Shown: positions 55,103 through 62,917 of the stretch, in pieces
Layout: every line of letters starts with the position of its first letter
How positions within the stretch are numbered: the stretch's first letter is position 1
Assembly (NCBI GenBank): GCA_020059605.1
Contig: JAGVBT010000069.1
Coordinates: forward strand, 11,715-75,714
Length of the DNA stretch: 64,000 bases
Source: Deltaproteobacteria bacterium
Lineage (GTDB): Bacteria > Desulfobacterota > BSN033 > UBA1163
Direction: 5' to 3'
Made by a program: the position numbers and the translations under genes
Notes under the pieces: generated by a model
Database searches by the model: none
Told to the model about the DNA's origin: nothing
What the model saw: the letters and a program-made list of their open reading frames with translations, nothing else

Positions 55103-55858
55103 TCATCCATTTGGCGCCACGCTTTTTCTGTATTCTCCTATCACGGCCCCCGGTTTACCTTCGGCCGCCACTTCCCCGTGGTCAAGCCAGATCGCCCGGT
55201 CACAAATTTCTTCGATGGCCTGGAGGTTGTGGGATACCAAGACGGTGGTGACGCCGCCTTTGATCAGACGCAACATGGCGTCCTTTGATTTTTTCTGAAA
55301 CCCCTCATCCCCCACGGAAAGAACCTCGTCGATGATGAGAATTCTTGGATCGGTATGAATTGCCACCGAGAAAGCCAACCGGACATACATGCCGGTTGAG
55401 TAGGTCCTGACCGGGACATCCACAAATTCCCCCATTTCTGAGAAAGCGACAATCGACGATATTTTTTGAAGGATATCTTCTCTGGTCAGACCCAGCAGCA
55501 CCCCGTTTAAAATCACATTTTCCCTCCCGGTAAGGTCGGGATGAAAACCCCCGCCCAGCTCTAAAAGCGGGGTGACCCGGTCCATGATGTTAGCCCTGCC
55601 CTGTGACGGCAAAATGGTTCCCAGCATCAGGGACAGGAGCGTGCTTTTCCCTGCCCCATTTTTACCAATAATGCCGACGGATTCTCCCCTGTCTATCCTG
55701 AGCGTCACATCCCTGAGTGCATGAAAATGGCCGTCCCCTTTTGCTTGCCTCTTGATCCATTTCGGGAAATTGACAAAAAACTCCTTAAAGCCGGGCCTAT
55801 CCCTTTGGGAAGGGTATTTCTTCCAGACATGATCTATCTCGATCACCCTGTCGCTCAT
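55103..55858 (-). CDS. wzt: Polysaccharide/teichoic-acid-type ABC exporter ATP-binding protein (Wzt/TagH/KpsT class, NBD only)
   Basis: GIIGKNGAGKSTLLSLM (Walker A), YSTGMYVRLAFSVA (signature variant typical of this class), ILIIDEVLSVGDEGF (Walker B). Only 251 aa, so there is no C-terminal carbohydrate-binding domain. Confidence 0.9.
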   Translation of the reverse strand: MSDRVIEIDHVWKKYPSQRDRPGFKEFFVNFPKWIKRQAKGDGHFHALRDVTLRIDRGESVGIIGKNGAGKSTLLSLMLGTILPSQGRANIMDRVTPLLELGGGFHPDLTGRENVILNGVLLGLTREDILQKISSIVAFSEMGEFVDVPVRTYSTGMYVRLAFSVAIHTDPRILIIDEVLSVGDEGFQKKSKDAMLRLIKGGVTTVLVSHNLQAIEEICDRAIWLDHGEVAAEGKPGAVIGEYRKSVAPNG

Positions 55859-56646
55859 ATGACTTCATCCACACGTTTGCCGAGACTTCGGAATATGAGA
55901 AGCCCTGCAAAGAATACTGCCAGGGAACCCAGGAGGGCGATGGGAAGCCAACTCCAGCGAAAGATATTCGACATGAAGAGCTCACGCCATAAGGACATCA
56001 ATGAAGTTAAGGGGTTTGCATACATGAACCAGAAACGGTAGACCTCCGGAACGATATCAAACTGATAAACGATGGGAGTGATCCAGAAAAGAAGGGTTAG
56101 AAGAAAAGCGACGATAAATTGGAAATCCATGAAATAGACGTTAATCACCGAAACGGCAAGGGAGGCGCCCATCGTAAGGATAAATTGAATGAGGAGAAGA
56201 ATAGGGATTCCAATCAACCAGCTCATATCGGGAGTTTTATCGTAATAATAAACCAAAAAGGCAATGATCGGCAGAGAGAACAGGAAGTGGACTCCCTGGG
56301 AGAGAACGTTCGAGATGAGAAGGAAATGTTTCGGGAAGGGGAACTTTTTGATCAGGCTTTTATTCGAAATCAAGGAGACTGTGGAGGCATTGACCGAATT
56401 GGCAAACCATGTCCATGGGAATAGGGCGGAGAGAATGAAGAGTGGAAAATCTTTTATCTGAACCTTCAAAATGATCGTGAAGGCGATGTAAAAAACGAGG
56501 GCGAGCAAAAGCGGGTTGAGCAAGGACCATAAGATTCCGAGAGAGGTCCGTTTATACTGGAGCGTAATCTCCTTCTGGGTCAATATCCAGAGAAGGTCCA
56601 TCTCCCGCCGGAGATTATAAGGGATCATGATCCGGTGTCTTGTCAT
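55855..56646 (-). CDS. wzm: ABC-2 type polysaccharide exporter permease (Wzm/TagG class)
   Basis: 263 aa and 6 TM segments. LTQKEITLQYKRTSLGILWSLLNPLL is the family N-terminal block. ATGA overlap with wzt. Confidence 0.85.
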   Translation of the reverse strand: MTRHRIMIPYNLRREMDLLWILTQKEITLQYKRTSLGILWSLLNPLLLALVFYIAFTIILKVQIKDFPLFILSALFPWTWFANSVNASTVSLISNKSLIKKFPFPKHFLLISNVLSQGVHFLFSLPIIAFLVYYYDKTPDMSWLIGIPILLLIQFILTMGASLAVSVINVYFMDFQFIVAFLLTLLFWITPIVYQFDIVPEVYRFWFMYANPLTSLMSLWRELFMSNIFRWSWLPIALLGSLAVFFAGLLIFRSLGKRVDEVI

Positions 56647-56931
56647 ACGGAGCAGGTGTGGATAACCACAATAGAGTCCCCCCAGAATCCATCATACCTC
56701 AAGAGGGCTGTCAAAACAATACCTCCACCGCAACAAAATAAGGCTCCGTGTCATTGAGTCTCCCCGTTCGGACCTCATGCCGAACCTGTCGGTTTCAGTC
56801 CCACTGTGATTTCTGGGAGACTCCTCATCATCCTAATTTTTGCTTGTGGAACAGGATGGCCCATGATATATATGCATTGTAGAGGGATCAATCTCAAAGC
56901 TTCATCGGGGAAAACCGGAGGTGAATGAACC

Positions 56932-58143
56932 ATGAAGAAAAATATTCTGATTGTTCTTTTCATTCTGTTCCTTGGGCTTTTATTCTTGTTTTCAAGGGGG
57001 GGGCTTGCTCCGACTTTTCTCTCGGCAGCTCCCCAAGGTTCCGCGGAGAAGGAAGAAATAAAAAAAGAACCGGACGTTTCCGGCAATGTCAATGGAAACG
57101 GACTGCCGGCTGTGGAAATCCCTCCGGAGAAGCAGCAGCTCCTGGGGGTCAGGAAGGCGGAGGCCTCGGTCCGGCCCCTTCAAAAAGTGATCAGGACGGT
57201 GGGCATTGTCAGCTTGGATGAGACAAAGCTGGCCACCGTTAATACAAAGGTGGAAGGATGGATCGAAAAGCTGTATGCGGACTACCAGGGGAAATATGTC
57301 AAAAAAGGGGAAAAATTGGCGGAGGTTTACAGTCCCGAGCTCTATGCCACTCAACTCGAATTCGTCAATCTGCTTAACTGGAAGACGGAAAAGGCCCATC
57401 GCTTCCAGAGGAATGTTGAATTCAACTGGGGAGACCGGTATGGAACCACCGGAAGGATTCTCACTTTCGATATCGAGGCCCTTTTCCAGGTCGCCAGGCA
57501 GAAACTTCAATTGTGGGAGATAACGGAGGAGCAGATTCAGCAGATAGAAGAGAAGAGGACACCCATGAAGCACCTCACCCTCCACAGCCCCATCACCGGG
57601 TACATCATTCAGAAACAGGTGGTGGAAGGCACTCGGATCCAACCCGGAGATAAGCTCTTTGATATTGCCGACCTTTCCACTCTGTGGGTGATCGCGGATA
57701 TTTATTCCTATGAAATGCCGCTGGTCAGGGTGGGGCAAACCGCAAAAATCCGACTCTCCCATCTCCCGTCAAGGGAGTTTGTATCGAAGATCGATTATGT
57801 CTATCCAACTCTTTCAGGGGAAACCAGGACGGTTAGGGTGAGATTCACCTTGCCCAATCCGGATGGATCGTTGAAACCTCAGATGTTCACCGATATCGAG
57901 ATTAAGGTTGACCTGGGAAAGAGACTCGTCATTCCTGAGGATGCGGTCATTGATGCCGGCACAAGAAAAATCATCTATCTCGATAAAGGGGATGGATATT
58001 TTGAGCCCAGGGAAGTGGTGCTGGGCTTGAGGGGAGATGGGCTGGTCGAGGTGATCAAGGGGTTGAAGTCAGGGGATAGGGTTGTTTCTGCAGCAAATTT
58101 CCTGATCGATTCGGAGGCCAAGCTGAAGGGAATTACACAATAA
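56932..58143 (+). CDS. cusB: RND efflux periplasmic adaptor (CusB/HlyD_D23 family)
   Basis: N-terminal anchor, then VNTKVEGWIEKLYADYQGKYVKKGEKLAEVYSPEL...LHSPITGYIIQKQVVEGTRIQPGDKLFDIADLSTLWV. GGAGGTG RBS. Confidence 0.8.
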   Translation: MKKNILIVLFILFLGLLFLFSRGGLAPTFLSAAPQGSAEKEEIKKEPDVSGNVNGNGLPAVEIPPEKQQLLGVRKAEASVRPLQKVIRTVGIVSLDETKLATVNTKVEGWIEKLYADYQGKYVKKGEKLAEVYSPELYATQLEFVNLLNWKTEKAHRFQRNVEFNWGDRYGTTGRILTFDIEALFQVARQKLQLWEITEEQIQQIEEKRTPMKHLTLHSPITGYIIQKQVVEGTRIQPGDKLFDIADLSTLWVIADIYSYEMPLVRVGQTAKIRLSHLPSREFVSKIDYVYPTLSGETRTVRVRFTLPNPDGSLKPQMFTDIEIKVDLGKRLVIPEDAVIDAGTRKIIYLDKGDGYFEPREVVLGLRGDGLVEVIKGLKSGDRVVSAANFLIDSEAKLKGITQ

Positions 58144-58263
58144 TAATGTTGGAGGGTTGAGGAGCGTCCCGGGGTAAAGCGGGGACTTTGAGATTAGAAG
58201 CAAGGAAATCTTTTACCTCAAGCGAAGCGCTCCTCCAACCTTAAACGGAGTGGTCTTCAAACC

Positions 58264-61200
58264 ATGATTCAGAAAACCATTGAGTTTAGCGCCAGAAACA
58301 GACTCCCCGTTTTTTTAATGGTCATCTTCCTCGTGATCGGAGGCTACTGGGCTCTTAAGAAGATCCCCCTTGACGCCATTCCCGATTTGAGCGATACCCA
58401 GGTGATCCTCCTGACGGAATGGACGGGGAGAAGCCCCGACCTCGTTGAGGACCAGATTACTTTTCCGATTACCACCACCCTGCTCGCTGCCCCGAAAGTG
58501 GTGGCCGTGAGGGGGTTCTCTTACCTCGGAAGCTCCTTCATTTACGTCATCTTTGAAGAAGGGACGGACATCTACTGGGCCCGGAGCAGGGTGCTGGAAT
58601 ACCTTCAATCGGTGAGAAGCAAAATTCCTGCAGACGTCAATCCTGTCCTGGGGCCGGATGCGACGGGTGTCGGATGGGGGTTCTGTTACGCCCTGGTCGA
58701 TGAAGCCGGAAAGCATAACCTTGCCGAGCTTCGGTCCGTTCAGGACTGGAATATCAAACTGGCGCTTGAAAGCGTTCCCGGGGTTTCCCAGGTCGCCAGC
58801 ATCGGCGGATTTGTCAAGCAGTACCAGGTCACCCTGGATCCCAACAAGCTTCTCGCCTACAACATCTCTGTCCCGAAGGTGATTGAGACGGTGAGAAAGA
58901 GCAACCAGGATGTGGAAGGGCGGATGATCGAGTTTTCGGGGATAGAATACGTCGTCAGGGGAAGGGGATATATCCAGAACATAGGGGACCTGGAATTCAT
59001 CCCGGTGGGAACGGATGGAAAGGGGACCCCCGTCTACCTGAAGGATGTGGCCGGCATTCAACTGGGGCCGGAGATCCGGAGGGGAATCGCAGAACTGGAC
59101 GGTAGAGGAGAGGTGGCCGGAGGCATCATCGTTGTTCGGTTCGGCGAGAATGTCCTGAATGTGATCGAGAGGGTGAAGGAGAAGATTAAAAAGGATGTCG
59201 AGCCAAGCCTTCCCCAGGGGGTCAGGATCGTGACCACCTACGATCGAAGCGATTTGATCTACAAATCGATCGGCACGCTGAAGGATGCAATTCTGAAGCT
59301 TTCGTTTACGGTCATGATCGTCTGCATCGTTTTTCTGCTTCATCTTCCAAGCGCCTTTGTGGCCATCCTGACCTTTCCCGTGGCGATCCTGGTGTCCTTC
59401 ATCTGTATGTACTATTTGGGCGTGACGTCCAACATCATGAGCCTGGCGGGAATTGCCATTGCCATCGGCGAGATGGTGGACGCTTCGATTGTGATGGTTG
59501 AGAACGCCCATAAGAAACTGGAGGAGTGGGAATCTCAAGGGAGACCGGGCGATAGGTTAGAAGTCATTATTCAAGCGGCCAAAGAGGTGGGCCCCTCCCT
59601 CTTCTTCTCTCTTCTCGTCATTACAGTGGCGTTCCTTCCCGTTTTTGCCCTCGAGGCGCAAGCAGGAAAGCTCTTCAAACCTCTGGCTTATACGAAGACC
59701 TTTGCCATCCTTTTCTCGGCCTTCCTCGCCATCACTCTTACCCCGGCCCTCATGACCCTCTTCATCCGCGGGAAGATCAGGCCGGAGGAGAAGAACCCGT
59801 TGAGCCTCTTTCTTCGACGCCTCTACGAACCCGTGGTGAAACTGGCCCTCCGGTTCAAAGCGGCCACGATCCTCTTCGCCGTTCTCCTGATCGTCATTAC
59901 GGTCTATCCCTTCCTGAAGATCGGCAGGGAGTTCATGCCGCCCCTGTACGAAGGCTCTCTGTTCTATATGCCCGTGACCGTTCCCGGGCCCTCGATCTCC
60001 GAGGTGTCCAGGGTCCTCCATATCCAGGACAAAATTCTGATGACGATCCCCGAGGTGGCGCAGGTCTTCGGGAAGGCAGGCCGCGCCGAGACCGCGACGG
60101 ATCCCGCTCCTCTCGAAATGTTCGAGACGGTCATCAACTTAAAGCCCGAATCGGAATGGCGAAAAGGGATGACACTGGATCAATTGAAGAACGAAATGGA
60201 CGAGGCTTTGACCCTCCCCGGGGTTGCCAATCTCTTCACCATGCCCATCAAGGCCCGCATCGACATGCTCTCCACGGGCATCCGGACCCCTGTGGGCATC
60301 AAGGTGCTTGGACCGAAGATCGAGGAGCTTGAAAAAATTGGCCTTCAGGCCGAAAGCCTTCTCAAAACCATTCCCGGAACCCGGAATGTCTATGCGGAGA
60401 GATTGACGACCGGCTACTACCTGGACATCCATGTAAAACGCCGGGAGGCGGCCCGCTACGGGTTGACCATCGATGATGTCCAGGAAGTCGTTCAGTCCGC
60501 CATCGGGGGAAGGAATATCACCACGACCGTGGAGGGGAGAGAACGCTACCCTGTCAACGTAAGGTATGCCAGGGATCTGAGAAGCGATATTGAAAGGATG
60601 AAAAGGGTCCTCGTTCCCGTAACGCAGGGGTTGAATACCGCCCAAATCCCCCTCGGAGAACTGGCGGACATAAAGATTGTCCAGGGGCCCTCGGTGATTA
60701 AGAGTGACGAGGGGACCCTGGTTTCATACGTCTTTATCGACTATTCGGGCAGCGATATCGGGGGTTACATCGAGGAAGGAAGGAAAAAACTCGCCTCCCT
60801 GGGGATTCCGGAAGGCTATCGTCTCGTATGGAGCGGAGAGCATGAGTATTTGACCAGGACTGAAGACCGGTTGAGATTTGTCATCCCCCTGACCGCTCTG
60901 ATCATCTTCATTCTCATCTACCTCAACACCGGCTCTGTGGCGAAGACCTTTTTCATCCTCCTCTCCATCCCGTTCTCACTCGTGGGCTCCTTCTGGCTCC
61001 TCTACCTGCTCAATTACAATATGAGCACGGCCTCATGGGTCGGGATCATCGCCCTTGCTGGAATTAGCGTGGAGACAGGCATTGTGATGTTCCTCTTTCT
61101 CGAGCTCGCCTATCAAAAATGGAAGGAAGAGGGCCGGTTAAAGACAGAGGAGGATCTCAGGGAGGCCATCCTGTATGGCGCCGTCAAAAGATTGAGACCG

Positions 61201-61410
61201 AAGGTGATGACGGTGGCCACCAACCTGGGACTGATCCCCATCCTTTTCAGCACGGGCATGGGCGCGGATGTGATTCAGCGGATCGCCGCCCCCGTGATCG
61301 GCGGGCTTCTCACCTCTCTCATCCTGGTGCTGGTCCTCTTTCCCGTCATTTACATGATGTGGAGGGGAAGAGAACTAAAAAAAATTCATCAAGGAGGAAA
61401 AGGAACGTGA
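58264..61410 (+). CDS. cusA: Heavy-metal-efflux RND transporter, CusA-like (monovalent Cu/Ag type)
   Basis: 1048 aa with the canonical N-terminus MIQKTIEFSARNR...IPDLSDTQVI. The TM4 block AIGEMVDASIVMVEN matches, from memory, the CusA-type A-IG-x-VDA-x-VEN pattern, not the CzcA DFG-DGA-VEN pattern. Confidence 0.9.
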   Translation: MIQKTIEFSARNRLPVFLMVIFLVIGGYWALKKIPLDAIPDLSDTQVILLTEWTGRSPDLVEDQITFPITTTLLAAPKVVAVRGFSYLGSSFIYVIFEEGTDIYWARSRVLEYLQSVRSKIPADVNPVLGPDATGVGWGFCYALVDEAGKHNLAELRSVQDWNIKLALESVPGVSQVASIGGFVKQYQVTLDPNKLLAYNISVPKVIETVRKSNQDVEGRMIEFSGIEYVVRGRGYIQNIGDLEFIPVGTDGKGTPVYLKDVAGIQLGPEIRRGIAELDGRGEVAGGIIVVRFGENVLNVIERVKEKIKKDVEPSLPQGVRIVTTYDRSDLIYKSIGTLKDAILKLSFTVMIVCIVFLLHLPSAFVAILTFPVAILVSFICMYYLGVTSNIMSLAGIAIAIGEMVDASIVMVENAHKKLEEWESQGRPGDRLEVIIQAAKEVGPSLFFSLLVITVAFLPVFALEAQAGKLFKPLAYTKTFAILFSAFLAITLTPALMTLFIRGKIRPEEKNPLSLFLRRLYEPVVKLALRFKAATILFAVLLIVITVYPFLKIGREFMPPLYEGSLFYMPVTVPGPSISEVSRVLHIQDKILMTIPEVAQVFGKAGRAETATDPAPLEMFETVINLKPESEWRKGMTLDQLKNEMDEALTLPGVANLFTMPIKARIDMLSTGIRTPVGIKVLGPKIEELEKIGLQAESLLKTIPGTRNVYAERLTTGYYLDIHVKRREAARYGLTIDDVQEVVQSAIGGRNITTTVEGRERYPVNVRYARDLRSDIERMKRVLVPVTQGLNTAQIPLGELADIKIVQGPSVIKSDEGTLVSYVFIDYSGSDIGGYIEEGRKKLASLGIPEGYRLVWSGEHEYLTRTEDRLRFVIPLTALIIFILIYLNTGSVAKTFFILLSIPFSLVGSFWLLYLLNYNMSTASWVGIIALAGISVETGIVMFLFLELAYQKWKEEGRLKTEEDLREAILYGAVKRLRPKVMTVATNLGLIPILFSTGMGADVIQRIAAPVIGGLLTSLILVLVLFPVIYMMWRGRELKKIHQGGKGT

Positions 61411-61913
61411 ACAAAAAGGCTTTTTTAGTTCTGGCAATCTGGCTTTGTCTCTTCATCGCTGCCCCTGTATTTGCCCGGGAGGATATCAAAAAGTATCCCT
61501 CCTGCCCTTACTGCGGGATGGACCGCGAAAAATTTTCACACAGCCGGGTCTACCTCGATTACGATGACGGGTCTTCGGAAGGAATGTGCAGCCTTCATTG
61601 TGCGGCCATCGATCTGGCCATCCACATCGATAAAACCCCTCGAACCATCGGAGTCGGAGATTATGCGACAAAGAGGTTGATCGACGCCGAAAAGGCTTTC
61701 TGGGTGCTCGGGGGAAGCAAGATGGGTGTCATGACGAAAAGGGCGAAGTGGGCCTTTGAAAAGAGAGAAGAGGCCGAGAAATTTATAAAAGAGCACGGAG
61801 GGGTCATGGCGACCTTCGAGGATGCCATCCGGGGATCCTATGAAGACATGTACACCGATACGAAGATGATCCGGGAACGGAGAAAAATGAGGCGAATGGA
61901 GCATAAGAAGTAA
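61407..61913 (+). CDS. NosL-family (copper-binding accessory) protein, secreted
   Basis: GTG start at 61407 (GTGA overlap with the cusA stop), 8 nt after AAGGAGGA. Signal peptide NKKAFLVLAIWLCLFIAAPVFA. CPYCGM and CSLHC motifs. The listed ORF 61119-61913 includes a spurious 5' extension inside cusA. Confidence 0.7.
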   Translation: MNKKAFLVLAIWLCLFIAAPVFAREDIKKYPSCPYCGMDREKFSHSRVYLDYDDGSSEGMCSLHCAAIDLAIHIDKTPRTIGVGDYATKRLIDAEKAFWVLGGSKMGVMTKRAKWAFEKREEAEKFIKEHGGVMATFEDAIRGSYEDMYTDTKMIRERRKMRRMEHKK

Positions 61914-61920
61914 GTGAGAG

Positions 61921-61950
61921 TGTGAGTAGGAGTGTGAGTAGGAGTAGGAG
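61921..61950. repeat. Tandem TGTGAGTAGGAG x2 plus TAGGAG; partly complementary to the ACTCAC repeat downstream
   Basis: Read directly from the sequence. GAGTGTGAGT is the reverse complement of ACTCACACTC. Confidence 0.7.
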
Positions 61951-62018
61951 TTTGGAACATAATGTTGATTAAGAAAAGAAAAAAAGTTTCAATACAGGAA
62001 GGGCCAATCAGGGGGACC

Positions 62019-62537
62019 ATGATGGGGAAAAAAAGAAAATTTTTGGGCAAGTTTTTTTCTAACCTATCACTCACACTCACACTCACACTCACACTCGTAT
62101 TATCCTCTTCCGCTTACGGCGCTGACCGAAAACCCCTGAAACCCTCGCCAAAGGATAAATGCCCTGTATGCGGGATGTTTGTGGCAAAATACCCGGACTG
62201 GATTTGCCAGATCCGGTTTAAAGATGGGACGACTGTTTTTTTTGACGGCGCGAAAGATATGTTCAAGTACTACTTCCATTTAAAAAAATACAACCCATTG
62301 AAGAAGCCGTCCGATATCGAGGCCATCTTTGTGACGGAGTATTATAGTTTAAATCCGATCGACGGACACCGGGCCTATTATGTGATCGGGAGCGACGTCT
62401 ACGGGCCCATGGGAAGAGAGCTCATTCCCCTGGAGAGCGAGAAGGACGCCAGGGAATTCATGAAAGATCATAAGGGGAAGACGATTCTGAAATTTGGGGA
62501 AATCACCCCCACATTGCTCAAAGAAATGGATCGATAG
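62019..62537 (+). CDS. NosL-family protein (second, divergent copy), secreted
   Basis: Signal peptide containing an (LT)n run, then KDKCPVCGMFVAKYPDW...FFDGAKDMFKYY...EKDAREFMKDHKG. Start at ATG 62019 or 62022. The listed ORF starts at 61962. Confidence 0.7.
   Translation: MMGKKRKFLGKFFSNLSLTLTLTLTLVLSSSAYGADRKPLKPSPKDKCPVCGMFVAKYPDWICQIRFKDGTTVFFDGAKDMFKYYFHLKKYNPLKKPSDIEAIFVTEYYSLNPIDGHRAYYVIGSDVYGPMGRELIPLESEKDAREFMKDHKGKTILKFGEITPTLLKEMDR
62069..62096 (+). repeat. Hexanucleotide microsatellite (ACTCAC) x ~4.7 inside the signal-peptide coding region
   Basis: actcac actcac actcac actcac actc encodes LTLTLTLTL. The unit is a multiple of 3, so copy-number change stays in frame. Confidence 0.85.
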
Positions 62538-62539
62538 CG

Positions 62540-62917
62540 ATGAGGAAATCCCACTTTTTTTTATTTTATCTCCTCTTCAGCATGGCCTGCGGGGTTCTTA
62601 TGCTGGTTCATGCCTCCATGAGGAGTCGAGCCGAACTGCCCCGTCTCAGAGAGAAGACGGAAATGGTGAAAAGGTTCGGCCTCACGGACCTCTGCCTCTT
62701 TACGGAGGCCAGTTACACCAGACACCCCTCCCAGGCCGACTTTCACACCCCTTTCCAGAACCATCCCGTGGCCCTCGAACATTTTCCTTCAGGCTCAATT
62801 CTGGCGCCTCCGCCTCATCTTAAAATGAGGAGTGTCCGTGAAAGTGTCAGTGACAGTAAAAATTTAAAAACCCTCACTGGCACAGACACTAACGCTGAAA
62901 CTGATCATGTGGATTGA
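62540..62917 (+). CDS. Hypothetical membrane-anchored protein
   Basis: ATG 3 nt after the upstream stop. One N-terminal TM segment (FFLFYLLFSMACGVLMLV). No family recognised. Confidence 0.4.
   Translation: MRKSHFFLFYLLFSMACGVLMLVHASMRSRAELPRLREKTEMVKRFGLTDLCLFTEASYTRHPSQADFHTPFQNHPVALEHFPSGSILAPPPHLKMRSVRESVSDSKNLKTLTGTDTNAETDHVD

Noticed and set aside
58315-59538. 407-aa ORF antisense to cusA. Similar long antisense ORFs lie at 56992-57762, 59557-60021, 60139-60645, 20297-20959, 17442-18008, 21176-21829, 4093-4668 and 37577-38152.
   Set aside because: Each lies opposite a strongly family-like CDS. Each has a low-complexity Gly/Arg/Pro/His/Asp-rich composition typical of antisense frames in G+C-rich coding DNA, and none has a recognisable motif.
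61119-61406. 5' extension of the listed ORF 61119-61913, which would give a 264-aa NosL-like protein.
   Set aside because: The extension is an alternative frame inside the cusA 3' end. The signal peptide and an AAGGAGGA RBS point to a GTG start at 61407.
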